Shown: positions 41,886-56,376 of the stretch, piece after piece
How the letters are laid out: each line of letters starts with the position of its first letter
Position numbering within the stretch: position 1 is the stretch's first letter
Source of the DNA: Eledone cirrhosa
Taxonomy: Eukaryota
Assembly: GCA_964016885.1 (NCBI GenBank)
Contig: OZ024742.1
Span: 212,164,001-212,228,000, forward strand
DNA length: 64,000 bases
Direction: 5' to 3'
The notes under the pieces: generated by a model
What the model saw: only the letters and a program-made list of their open reading frames with translations
The model's database searches: none
Told to the model about the DNA's origin: nothing
Program-made: the position numbers and the translations under genes

Positions 41886-43899
41886 TAACTGCTTTTCTTT
41901 CTAGCTTTAGGCCACACCACACACATGGCACATTGATAGAAAGATAATAAAAAAAAAAGTTATCAGTTCAGGTAGCAACCAACCAACTGGGAAGTATACA
42001 CTATAACTTCTGCATTTTTTTTTTTCTATTAGTTTAAACTAAAAATGGAAAAACAATAACGGCTTTGTTCTGAATTAAGATATTATCTATAATGTCCAAC
42101 TTATACAATATTATTTTTTATTCATGCAATTATAAACCAGAATGATATAAAAATGGTGAATATCTTTTTTTTAATGCTGACTTTATTTCAGAAAGGGAGC
42201 TTTAAGAAATAATGATATAAATAACTTAAACTTAATGCATAACACCTATTACCAGCTTAGCATCTGGACCAAAGGGGTTTATTTATTTATCATATGAATT
42301 ATGGTTTATGATTTCCTGTTCAGTTTATAGAGAAAAATATCTATCAACATTAATGCTTCACTTCTCACTCTTCCAGGGTTCCTGAAAAAGTGGGAAAGCG
42401 GGGAAAAAAAAATGAATAAAAAGAGAAAACAACAATTTTGTAACATTCTTTCTGATTTCCTTGGAGGCAAAAAGCAGCAGGCTGTTGTAGACAATGTGAT
42501 TTTGTTGGTGTTTTACTGAGAGACACTTCAAGAAAATGTTTCTCAGCTGTGCAAAGCTTACTCATATGTTCTTAACACCCCCACCCAAATAACAAATTTT
42601 GTTCTTTTGCAGCACCCAAAATATAGTTCCAGGGGAAATTGTGTTAGGGGGTTTTGGTAACATAGGAATGATAGTAGTAACATTTAATGAAAAGAGAAGC
42701 AACAACTATTTACATGTAGCATACACCTTTAAATATTGTAATTTATTTTCTAGTTATTAAGAATTAATTGAAAACACATATTCTTATTTTTTATGAAGGC
42801 TTGCAGTAAATCGAAATAGGAAATAGTTGCAAATATAAGTATAAAAAAATAAACCCTATCTGTCATTTATTTATTACTGATGCTATATATTGAATGAATA
42901 CTTTTAAATAGAAAGTAAATAATGTTCATTGTGGAACTGAGCATGGACTTGAAACATTAGTAATAAAAACAAAAAGAAATAATAATAATAATCATAATTA
43001 TTATTATCATTATCGTGTTACTATTACTACTATTTATTAGTGTTGCTATTTTCACTACTATTTTCATGTATGACTCATCCAGATTGGCATCAATGCAATA
43101 GCAAATAACCCAGTGATGCTGTAGCTATAGCTGTGACTGCTAAAATCAGTAGTAGTAGCAGCAGCAATGGTAGTCCATTCAGCTTTTATCTGCGCACCTT
43201 TTCAACCTTTTCTCTGAAGAATAAATGTTTACACCCAACATACACTGAGAAAGAAAATAACTAACTACCATCTTTAAATCATTGATAACTTTAGTTATGG
43301 GATAGCAAGATAATTTAACTTGAATTGATTTCTTAATTTAAAAATGGGGCAAATATTAAAATTCCATGTTAACATTAGTATGTGATAATATTGTTAAATG
43401 CCGCAATGATTTTACTAAATTCAGGAAATAAATGTGAAAATGTTTTAATTCAGACAGCAACAATTAAATTTTAAAGGATAACTTATTAGCAAACAAACGT
43501 CTTGTATACAACTATTGTTATTTTTCTTTCTATTCAAGGGAGGTTAAATGAAATCAATTGATTGGAATTGCATAAGCCAAAACCATAAATAACACTTGTA
43601 TTTCTAAGTACACAAAACATTTTTATTTATAGAATTAAATTAAACTAATTATAGACACAACTATATATTGACAAGTTAAAAGTTTGTTAGGTAGTGAGAC
43701 TAGATATAAACATAGATTTGATTACAAATAGGAAGAAAGACTAGCACAACATACAGTATTAAAAATAATTGTGTATACAAGGCTAATATCAACTATGTTA
43801 GTGCTGTGCACGGTAGTTTAGTGGCTACTCTAGCAAAGTGTGAGAACCTTTCAATCATCATTAAGTGATTGTGCAATACCTTTCAGATACACAGAGCTA

Positions 43900-44570
43900 C
43901 TTCCAAAAGATGACCCAACCCCCAAGGACTACCCCTATTGTAAGGTAACCCAATTCAGAGCTGCCATACTTAACATAGACACACTAGAAGCAAGATCGAG
44001 GAAAATTGTGGAGATGCTTGAGAGGAAACAGGTAGACGTTTGCTGTGTGCAAGAGACGAGATGGAGGGGTACATCAGCCTGAGCCTTCACAGGCAAACAG
44101 TATAGTTATAAGCTCTTCAGGATAAGAAATGAAAATGAAGTAGGTGGAGTAGGCATTGTACTAGCTGAGAAGTGGATGATAAAGTAATTGAATGAGATAG
44201 AGTAAATGACAAAATTATCAAGCTCAGAATAGTTAAAGATGACAGAATTACAACTGATTTGTACACACGCACCACCATCAGGGCTAAGTAAAGAACAGAA
44301 AGACCATTTCTATGAGGGCCTCTTAAAGATGACTTCAATAACAGATGACAGACCTATTCATCCTGGCAGGTGACTTCAATGGGCATGTCAAGCAGCACCA
44401 AGATGGCTACACTGGAGTGTGCAGTGGTTATGGATATGGCTCAAGAAATGAAGAGGGATCAAGGCTCCCAGAATTCAGTGATACAAAAAAACCTATTTGA
44501 AACACTAAGTTCAGGAAACCATAAAGAATGGAGAAACAAACATAAAAAAGATGACAATGAAGATGATGAA
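43900..44570 (+). pseudogene. RTE APE endonuclease remnant
   Basis: LNIDTL..IVEMLERKQVDVCCVQETRWRG..LAGDFNGHV..FRKP; homologous to 10999-11967, with stops and frameshifts. Confidence 0.85.
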
Positions 44571-45639
44571 TAAAAGAACATATATCTATTTTATTTAGAT
44601 AACTGACTTTCAATAGAGATAGTTTAACACAGTAGTCTATTTTCAAGCTTACACACATTTAAATATATCAAATTCAAAAATATTTTTATGCAACTGTGTT
44701 TATCCAGGTTTTTAGAACAGATAACAAAAAGGAGCTGGCAAAAGGAATGACATCCAGTTGTAAAACAATCCCTCAAAAAGTCCTGTCAAGTCAATACCAG
44801 AATAAAAAGGATGATGTTATATATGACAAACCACCCAAAGAACCTTCAACAGTTTGCTTAATAATTAATTAAACAAATACTTTTTATTTTATTTTTGAAA
44901 ATAATATATATTATAAGCAACCTTTAAATCTATTAATATGAATCACTAAAATATGAAAGTCCTGAAACTTCACTTCATTAAATTAACTTTCAACAACAAA
45001 TGAAAAGAGGAAATCTTCCTTTCTTTATCTGCCTAGAAATAAATACAATGTCTTGTCAGCAATTTTATGCCATGATTTATATTTGAGAGTTACAATAATA
45101 AAAATAGCATGTTACACATCTTTTATATTATATAAATAGACACATAATATAACCCCCCCCCACCCCCACCCCCCAAAAAGGCAGAGAGAAAAGGGAAAGG
45201 GAAAATATAGTTTAAGAAGCTTTTTGTCTACTTTTCACTCAGTTTTAATTTAACTTTTGATCATGATATTCTTCCTCTGGAATTTATTTATAGAAAATAA
45301 ATAAAATTACAGGCATTTTTATTATTATATACAAATTTCTTTTTCAGAATACTCTTTTGTGACCATAGTCTTGTTACTGACTATTACAGTATAACAGGCA
45401 AATATAACTAAACAAGTGCACTATTCATATATATAAAAGATTCATAGTAATTTGTTTGTGAATTATTATATTTGAGAAGGGTCATGTTATCCTAATATTG
45501 CCGGAAAAAAAAAAAAATAGTAAACACTCACTGTTTGGTTTGGTTTTCGCTTCAGTATATTTTTTTTACTTCTGTAAATAATTTAGCTGGCAATCAATAT
45601 TTATCATTGATTGACCAACAGTTACAAATATAAATATAG

Positions 45640-46181
45640 TTTCTCAAAGTTCTTTTGTCAAACATATCGTTGACATCTTCAGTGATTATCATGTTTCCTC
45701 CTGTTTTGTTCCTATAACGTTATTTATTTATTTATTTTTGTTGTCTCTATTTGCACATGCATTTGTGTGCATGTATTCTGTTTGGTGCATGCTTGTGTGT
45801 TCGTGTCTGAATCTCTGTGTGTTTATGTTTATCTTTAGTCACTAGTGTGTTTGTGTGTGGACATTGTTATTGCATCTGTGTATATTTATATTCTATCTTA
45901 GATCACTAGTCTGTGCTTGTGTATGCTTGTTGTTATTCTATTCATGTTTTCTGTTCAGCCTAGCTTTTATTAATTCTATTTCTGTAGCCTCCCTAGTTTG
46001 TCTAATTTTTTAGTCATTCCTATGTTTAGATATTATTTTAACTTCTATGTTGTCTATTTTACTATCATGTCTTAGTTGGGCATGTTCATATAGTACTGAA
46101 TTCTCTTTTTGTCCTTTTAGTTCATGCCAGTGTTCAACTATCCTCTTTTCTATATATATCGTTGACAACATTTCTAGTTTT
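45640..46181 (-). pseudogene. Penelope-like element fossil: GIY-YIG endonuclease C-terminus plus downstream UTR
   Basis: KRIVEHWHELKGQKENSVLYEHAQLRHDSKIDNIEVKIISKHRND*KIRQTREATEIELIKARLNRKHE* (46181-45938) fits the Penelope pattern R..EH....S.LY.H...H......RQ..EA..I.....LN.K.EW. Confidence 0.7.
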
Positions 46182-46851
46182 ATCATTTATTTGTAGACTT
46201 ACTCTATATATTTTTTCTCTGGCAATATTAGGACAACATGACCCTCCCCAAATATAACAATATCTGTTTCAACACACGACTTCATATCAAAAACCTTGCA
46301 AAACAAATACATTGCCGCTGTTTGTAAATTAATTTTCAAACATAACTAGAAACAAAAGGTGTTGATATAACTGTGTAACACCTTGGGTAAGTACCTGTTA
46401 GTATAGCCTTGGGCTGACCAATGCTTTGTGAGTGAATTTAGTATCAGAAACTGTAAGGAAACTTGTATAAATGTATTCATTTTGCATTTCACGTTGCCAG
46501 CACAGGCAGTGATGTTTGTTTATTTCCCACATAAACAGTTGTCCTGATGATGATGATTTGTAACTAAATAAGAATTACTATTTATAAATAAGCAACCTAT
46601 CTAAATTTACTTTCACCTTATCAGCTAACACAGAATTTCTTTTCCAAAGCTCCCCAGTGTGACAAGCGCATATACTATGGAAGACCATACTAGATACAAA
46701 TATGTTTCAGTAATACTAACCTGAAGATTTACATGATAAACACATGGCAGATAATATATAATACATTTTATACTCGGAAACTATGGCCATTATGGAAAGG
46801 AATGCATAATTTGAATCATTAAAATGCATAAAAGAAGTTAAAAGTAATAAT

Positions 46852-47033
46852 TGTTTCCACTTTTAGCACAAGGCCAGCAATTATTCCAGTGTATTACTGG
46901 TACTTTATTTTATCGACCCCGTAAGGATGAAAGGCAAAGTTAACCTCAACGGAATTTGAACTCGGGCCGTAAAGGGACGTAACTATGCTAGAAAGCATGG
47001 CGTCCAACCCTCTACCGATACTGCCAATTCACC
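46852..47033 (-). mobile_element. tRNA-type SINE with 17-bp target-site duplication
   Basis: aagttaaaagtaataat at 46835-46851 and 47034-47050. Confidence 0.92.
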
Positions 47034-48044
47034 AAGTTAAAAGTAATAATACCTTGTGATGTGAGAAGATATGCTTAATTTCATTTGGAATTTTTCTCTT
47101 TTAGAACCAAACAATAAAAGACATATGACTTTTATTGTATTGAAACATTTTAAAGCCTCTTGTGTTAAATTTAGCAAAAATATGAATAGGAATGCGGTTT
47201 TTTAGCAAGACAGTTAAAACATTTTCTAAACAATATTAGTTATGAATAAAAAATCCCTCCATACCATTATTTAATTTCTCTATGCGGTTAAATGATTTCT
47301 TTTTAATTTAAGATTTCTTATAACTCATCAATGATTCAACTATACATACATATATATATATATTGAAAATTTTATTAAAAATATCTTTATAGCAGTGGTA
47401 TAATTTTCATAATAAAAATAAACCATTTTAAATTACCATATATACTTAAATAAAAGTCTTGTGCTTATAATATTTTGGCTTAAGTTTTTGACCCATATAT
47501 AAATCATATGTTGAATTCCAAATATACTGTTTGCAACTTCACTTGCAGTTGTGTTTAAATTTAAAAAAAAAAACCATTTAGCTCAAATAATTACAAAGAT
47601 TGCAAGTAGTTTAGCAAAGTTCCAGAATCATAGAGATCATAGCAAATTATCTTTCTCAGATTGATTGGGGCTTTTAAATCACCATCCCTAATTGACTGAC
47701 AAGCTATGTAACATCTAATGGACATTAGGATTACAGCTAACTGATAAAAAAAACAACTACACAAACATGTTTTAAACTCAGAGCAAAGTTCAGTAGATAA
47801 GTTGCATGCAGGGTTTTCTAAATCCAATTTCTTAGTATAAAAAAAAAAAATTTGGATTAGCTATAAGTATATTCAGTATCCAATTTGAAAGTTGTGTGTT
47901 TATAAAAGACAGTTTCAAATCCTATTTCATTGTTACAAACACTACTTTAGAGTTCAGTAGTTAGTATTGCTAAATATAGGCCCAAAAGCCCTAGACTGTT
48001 TCAAAATAGAATAACATTTTTATTTATTGCAAATTAATTGTAAA

Positions 48045-48200
48045 AAGCTGGTGAATTGGCAGAGTTGTTAGAACATCAGATAGAATGCTTTGCAGTATTC
48101 ATTCTGGCTCTCTGAGTTCAAATCTCACCAAGGTCAACTTTGTCTTTCATCTTTCTGAGGTCAATAAAAAGATTACCGGTCTAGGATGGGGGTTGATTCT
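48045..48200 (+). mobile_element. Older tRNA-type SINE copy
   Basis: ggtgaattggcagag..gagttcaaatc..ggtcaactttgtctttcatc. Confidence 0.75.
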
Positions 48201-50439
48201 CCCTCAATAACTCTTTTTCACTTCCTCTCTCTCACTTTCTATTCTTCTCTGGAAAAATTCTGCTGTGTTCAAACCTGTGTTCAAACCATCAGGCTTAAAA
48301 ATGCCCCAAAACACTATATGTCACTACAACGTGCCTACGATTCCATCAGGAGTTACAGGACCACCCATCCAATTGTAAAAAAATGTTATATTTTAAAATG
48401 GTTTAGTGACTTTTGGACAAGCCTATAGATTTAGTTAAAGAAGTTTATTAAAGTCTACATATAGCCAAAGAAAGAAGAAAATTAAAAAGGATTGATGACA
48501 AAGGACTGCATGGATTGTTGACATGCTGTTCTAGTGAAGACCTGCCTACTGACCCATCCACACCCCTCTCCTATCACTGAACATCCTATTCACCCCCTCC
48601 TCAATTACCTCGTAATAGTTATTCTCACCAGCACTGTACACCTCTACCCATATCCTCCCTTCAGATCCTAACACCTACAATATCTAAGTAGGCATCACCT
48701 TTCCCACTAAAATCTGACATATCAGTCTTAACCCTTTAGTATCTGTGGAACATCATATCCTCTCCTATTTTTTACCCACTTAGATTCCACCACACTTGTT
48801 ATACACCTATGACACCACACTCATCATCCCTGTTACCCTCCCCCCACTTAGGGTAAAGAGGGCTCCGGTTGAGTAAATGACCAACAACCACACTAGTACT
48901 GGCATCACAAGGGGTACGCTCGGTGTGCCCTGTAGGGTGGTTGGGGGACAAGAGCGGCATCCCACTGTAGAAACCATGCCAAAAGTGGGTCAAGCAAACT
49001 CTTCGATTGTGTCAAAGGGATGACAGCTTCTCTAGTATTGGTGAGCTACACAATGAAAGCACACAGTACACTCTGTAAAGTAGTTGGTGATAGGAAACCT
49101 GCCAAAGAGTCAGGAGAACTCCCTAGCTTTGGTGATTTACATGATAAACACATTCAATACACTGTAAAGTGGTTGGCGATAGGAAGGGCACGCTAAACAA
49201 ATGGTTAGGAGAATTTTTCAGCTGTGCCAAAGACATGACAACCTCCCTAGTGTCAGGAAGACTCTTCAGTTAACCTTCCTAGAGTTGGTGACTTACACGA
49301 TAAATGCACCCAGAGCTAGGAAGAAACTTTAGCTATGTCAAGGATATGAGAACCTCTCTTGTGCTGGTATCATGATAACATGCACTTAGTAGTGCACGGG
49401 ATTGTATGTAAGCATGTCACTGACCAACAGACTATCTGAGCATTTGACAGGGTGCAGGAATGTGAGCTGCAGGTTCCTGGCCCATCATGGAGTCAATACC
49501 TACCCTTGGACTACCAGCCTGGTCAGCTGGTGACCCATTCAACCTCACTAGCAGAAAGAGTGAATGTGAAATGATAATGATATGTGTGTGTGTTATGTTA
49601 TATGATTAAATCTATTCAGTTATTGTTGCATCTTCAAGAATGACAAATTAATCTAACAGGTTACAATAACCCAAAGCCATATTTACTCTGTAAAAGTAAT
49701 GCCCAGTTCCAACTATCAAACAATAAGATATTTTATATATCAATATTCATTTTTAGTCAAACCTATTAAGTAGGCACTATTTTTTTTAACTGTGAGCAAA
49801 GCATAGTTGTGTAGATAAATAGATAACTGATCTTAAAATATAGCATTCTTTAGAATAAGTAATTGATAAGTTATCTATTACCGCTATATATAATCTCTAT
49901 GACTTCACTGCACTTGCTGTATTGCCAACCTTTTATATAAGCTTTAAAGATTAGTTTTCTAAACTACAAAAATGTTTTTACCACACAACATTGCCAACTG
50001 CAATATGATGTCTGTCCAAACATTTCTACTTCCTCTTCCTTTTAAAACTCATCACAAACTGGCATAAAACTATTTTACATAAAGTAACACACAAAGTATA
50101 TTAATTGTGATATACAATTGTGGAATAGATAATTCTGTTAAATTAATGAATTTTAAAGATGAAGACTTACTTTACTATCTTTATGAGAAATAATAAGTTT
50201 CTATAAAATCTATAAACATTCATTACATTTTAAATGCTACGCCTAGATTTTTATTATTATCACCAGTCTTGATCTTTCAACTACAAAGGGTACATTTTCC
50301 TCTATATTTCTCTTACCCTCATGACCTTGATAGATTTGAGACCTTTTCTCATTAATAACGGGATAACCTTTAGAATTTTAGACTATTGAAGTGAGGTGAA
50401 AATAATCAAAACAGTAGATTATCAGACTAAATAAATTAT

Positions 50440-50765
50440 AGGCACAAGCATAGCTGTGTGGTTAAAGAATTCATTATGCAATCACATGGTTTAGGTTCTG
50501 CCTCACTGCAGGACATTTTGGGCAAGTGTCTTTACTATAACCTCAGGTTGATCAATGCTTTGTGAGTGAAATTTGGTAAATGGAAGCTGTGGAAACCTGT
50601 CGTATGTGTGTGTGAGTGTGTGTTTATGTTTAATATTAATAGCTCAATAAACAAAGATCGATAAAATAAGCATCACACTTGAAAAACAAAATTCTGGGGT
50701 CAATATGATTGACTAAAACCCTTAAAAGTGGTGTTCCAGCAGTCGTAATTTAATGACTGAAAACA
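50440..50765 (+). mobile_element. Second tRNA-type SINE family with internal (GT)n
   Basis: gctgtgtggttaaag..ggttc..ttgggcaagtgtct..ccaatgctttgtgagtgaa; related pieces at 17385-17745, 46375-46470 and 52045-52200 (minus). Confidence 0.65.
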
Positions 50766-51988
50766 AATTAGTGTAAAAGAAAAAAATAGCATTTAGTTTC
50801 ATCTTTCTCAGTTCCAAACTTAAATCCCACTGCATTCATCATCTTTCACCACAAAAAGATTGACAAAACAAATGCCAATCAACAAAATGTGGTTTTGTGC
50901 TTAAGAAGGAAATCAATATTAAAAAAGTCAACTAGTCACATTTGCCTTTTATCCTCTTGGGAGTTGATAAGGAAGTACCAGCCAAGTACTGGAGTCAATC
51001 CAATTGACAATACCATAAACCTAATGAGTGTGGGCATGTGACAATGTTAGATATTAACACTGAAAGTGCTTTCTTGCTACATCAAGGACAGTGAATACAT
51101 AACTAGGTGACTGTAGGTATATCTGTGATGGAAGAATAGAGTTCTAATGAATTACTTTATAGTAATTAAAACATTTGAAAATATATCCAAAGTTTGTATT
51201 AAAAGGAATCTATCTCTTCTTTGCCGACTTATTCCTGAGAGGGTCATGGGGGCAGAGTCCTCAAACACTCCTTCCAGCAAGTCCTGTCAGAAGCAACATT
51301 CTCCAAGTGAACCCATACCATGTTATTTCAAACATAATTCTACATCTAAACATGCTAGCTTACAACTTAAAACACTTCATGCTACACATACTCTATGCGC
51401 AAGCATTGGCAAACTTCCTACTGTTTTCTCTTCTACCTACATAGTTTTCAGGTATCTTTCCCTACAATCCATTTTTGTCCCTTTCAAAATCAGCCTCTTA
51501 TCTCTCATACCCTTATCTACTACACTTTTCCACCCACCATGTCATCCACTGACTGACTGCAATAAGTCTCCAACTATGAAACTTGAACACTTACAGTAAA
51601 TAGTTTTTGTAAAACACTTGCCTTTTCTTTGCTCTAATGGAGTTCCCCTGTCTATTTTTATATAAATATTTGTAAGTTAGTGGAGTTGACCTTCAGAAAG
51701 GTGTTTTTCAGCATGCACAGCCTCTGTATCATCCTTTATTTAAATTATTGCAATTGCTCATCATCTACTTTTCCATGATAACATGGTTTGGACAAGAGTT
51801 GATTTTAGACAGTTTTTCTATGGCCAGATACCCTTCGTGAGATTAATCCACATTATAATTTTATAAATATAATATATACAATCAATCTTTATTGAACTGA
51901 TAAGCTGCACAATGTATTGTTTATGCAGGACATAAATAATTATCACAACTTGCCTTAAATGGTGTTGATATGAAGATGCCAGAAGGGA

Positions 51989-52041
<53 letters not shown>

Positions 52042-52419
52042 TTCTTTTTTCTCATAGTTTCTATCTTCAAAACCCACTCACAAGACATTGGTTGGCCTGA
52101 GGTTTTAGTAGGACATACTTGCCCAAGGTGTTATGCAGTATGATTGAACCCAAAACAATGTGGTTTTAAAACTAACTTTTCACACCTATGTCTGCATCTA
52201 AAAGTAAATTGTATGAGCCACTAAGGCCAAATAAAGGAATCCTTCATTGAAATTTGAAAAATAAATGACATTGAGTAAATGAACTTCTAAAGTAATTGAG
52301 AAATGGATATATGGTAAATGAAAGTAGCAATTACAAATTTATATGCTGCTCAAAAGATAAATAAATTAGAAATAACTTAAAGGAGTACACAAAAGATGTA
52401 GTGGGATCTCAGAGGGGCT

Positions 52420-52689
52420 AACAAAGAATGTAGGTTTGACTTGTGGTCAGTTCACAAGGGCAATAAGTAGCAAGAACCCTCAATATACAACCGCCTTCAA
52501 ATGCTCAGAGGGTTCGGCCAAAGTGGTAGATAGTTTCCGTTGCCTGGGTGACCAAATCAGTAGGAAGGGTGTTCTGGAATTACAGTAACGAGAGTGGTTG
52601 GAGAAAGTTCAGGGAGCTACTACTGTTACTAACTACAAAGGGGGTTTCCCTCAAAATGAAAGGCAGACTGTATGATACAAACAGTAATG

Positions 52690-52747
<58 letters not shown>

Positions 52748-52865
52748 CCGCCAGACAGTCCTATGCGAGCAAGACAACCACTCTTGCCTCAAGTGGGAAA
52801 ACCCCCGTCCAAACCCATGCAAGCGTGGAACACGGACGCTAAACCTGATGATGATGATGATGATA
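52420..52865 (+). mobile_element. RTE RT fragment interrupted by (TA)n and followed by a family A 3' tip
   Basis: VVDSFRCLGDQIS..GWRKFRELLLLLTTKGVSLKMKGRLYD; 52746-52863 matches 16393-16510. Confidence 0.85.
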
Positions 52866-52984
52866 TCTATATATGTATATATATATTTATTAAAATAACA
52901 GATTAAAGTTTAAGCTTATCGAGCCCTCTTTCGATTTTAGTTTTCAATTTTATTATTATTACTATGTATATATATATATGTATA

Positions 52985-53301
52985 TACAATATTAAATAAA
53001 TGGAAACTATATTTATAAAACCATATTTATTTCATTATATATATTTCAGGGATATCATATTAACAATATGCTATGCCTTCCTCAGAAAAATACAATATAA
53101 ACAGTTTTGAATCTGCCAATTCAACTTTTCAAATACAAGTCGATGTTGTTACGGTATGTCAAATCTATTTATCTATAAAACTGTTTATATTGTATTTTGT
53201 CTGAGGAAGGCATAGCATATTGTTAATATGATATCCCTGAAATATATATAATTAAATAAATATGGTTTTATAGATATAGTTTCCATTTATTTAATATTGT
53301 A
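52985..53301. repeat. Foldback with about 124-bp inverted arms, each carrying a hammerhead-like motif
   Basis: 52985-53108 is mirrored by 53177-53301. CUGAGGA (53201-07), long stem II, GAAA (53239-42), then UAUAUAUA. Confidence 0.8.
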
Positions 53302-53387
53302 AATATACTCCAAATACTTGTCGAGTGCTTTTATATCAGTTATAAATATTTACTAGTTGTAACCCAACAATTTAAATATAACTTTCC

Positions 53388-54616
<1,229 letters not shown>

Positions 54617-55517
54617 GTTGGCAGACCTCGCAAGGACTCTATATCTTTGATATATTGTTTTTGTTTATGCCACGAAACTACGTAGTCGAGGAATTTAGGA
54701 GCAGTTTAGGTATGATACATTTTATTACCAATTATATCTAAATGTTTCTTCTCTCTTCATAATGTATTTTTAACTCTGATACTGGTTCAGTCTGGTTCAA
54801 ACTGAACTGGTCTGTCCCAGTCATTCATTGAGCAACATCGGTGAAGTTGGCACCCTTAACTCGCAGTTGGGTGCGGATGCATTCATGTATATATGTGTGT
54901 GTCCGCATGTATCTGTGTGTTTCTAAATATATTAATAACTCCCTCTGGTCGAGCAATCTTTGAAGTGTGGGGACAACTGGAAAGCTTCCATTACTCGTAC
55001 TTCTCGCCTTCTTCACTACCTCTTCTACGGCCTCGATATGAATACCCCCTCCGCCTCCGTGGTATTTTCTTCGTGGTTATAAGAGGCTTAGCTCTGTTTC
55101 TCGACCGTTATATCGCGTGACTATCTCCCCCTCCGCCTTTTGGGATTCTTTCTCACGTCGTGTAGACGCGTTCTTGAGACTAGTAAAATGAGGTATCCTC
55201 TTGATAAGTTGGCAGACCTCGCAAGGACTCTATATCTTTGATATATTGTTTTTGTTTATGCCACGAAACTACGTAGTCGAGGAATTTAGGAGCAGTTTAG
55301 GTATGATACATTTTATTACCAATTATATCTAAATGTTTCTTCTCTCTTCATAATGTATTTTTAACTCTGATACTGGTTCAGTCTGGTTCAAACTGAACTG
55401 GTCTGTCCCAGTCATTCATTGAGCAACATCGGTGAAGTTGGCACCCTTAACTCGCAGTTGGGTGCGGATGCATTCATGTATATATGTGTGTGTCCGCATG
55501 TATCTGTGTGTTTCTAA

Positions 55518-55523
<6 letters not shown>
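54617..55523 (+). mobile_element. 1.5 tandem units of a 591-bp non-coding hammerhead-containing repeat, inserted in (TA)n
   Basis: 54617-54932 appears identical to 55208-55523 (offset 591); HHR at 55196-55283. Confidence 0.85.
55196..55283 (+). ncRNA. Type I hammerhead ribozyme, U3-A8 core variant
   Basis: Stem I UCCUC/GAGGA; core UUGAUAA (55201-07); stem II GU(U)GGCA/UGCCAC with a long loop; GAAA (55265-68); palindromic stem III A-CUACGUAG-U; predicted cleavage after GUC at 55278. Confidence 0.75.
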
Positions 55524-55560
<37 letters not shown>

Positions 55561-55567
<7 letters not shown>

Positions 55568-56376
55568 TGGAATAAATGCTCTGAAACAGCGATATATATG
55601 TGAATATAGACATAGAATATTCGAAAATATTCTGTATGTTTATAATAAACATTTTGAAGACCCAATCGCTATAGAATAGAATACGTCACGTATTACAATT
55701 AGATTCTCGATAAAAGCAAGGGAAGTAAATCTACGCGTTTCATTCTTATTAGAAATCGTCAGGACTACATATCCAGTGCTTTCATCGAGAATGACACAGC
55801 TAGAGACTTATAGAACACTTAGCTGTGTACAGGAACTGGTTTGAAAGAGCGGTTGCCGGTCCGGCAGAAATTAGAAATTGGAATAAATGCTCTGAAACAG
55901 CGATATATATGTGAATATAGACATAGAATATTCGAAAATATTCTGTATGTTTATAATAAACATTTTGAAGACCCAATCGCTATAGAATAGAATACGTCAC
56001 GTATTACAATTAGATTCTCGATAAAAGCAAGGGAAGTAAATCTACGCGTTTCATTCTTATTAGAAATCGTCAGGACTACATATCCAGTGCTTTCATCGAG
56101 AATGACACAGCTAGAGACTTATAGAACACTTAGCTGTGTACAGGAACTGGTTTGAAAGAGCGGTTGCCGGTCCGGCAGAAATTAGAAATTGGAATAAATG
56201 CTCTGAAACAGCGATATATATGTGAATATAGACATAGAATATTCGAAAATATTCTGTATGTTTATAATAAACATTTTGAAGACCCAATCGCTATAGAATA
56301 GAATACGTCACGTATTACAATTAGATTCTCGATAAAAGCAAGGGAAGTAAATCTACGCGTTTCATTCTTATTAGAA
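55561..56376 (-). repeat. 2.6 inverted copies of the 311-bp hammerhead unit
   Basis: Reverse complement of the downstream array. Complete HHRs at 55725-55768 and 56036-56079; a third is truncated in stem II at the junction. Confidence 0.95.

Noticed and set aside
43065-43245. Possible minus-strand exon with good acceptor and a hydrophobic stretch (LPLLLLLLILAVTAIATASLGYLLLH)
   Set aside because: An in-frame stop precedes the hydrophobic frame and there is no clear donor. The stretch derives from (CTA/CTG)n triplets; it could still be a UTR or terminal exon.
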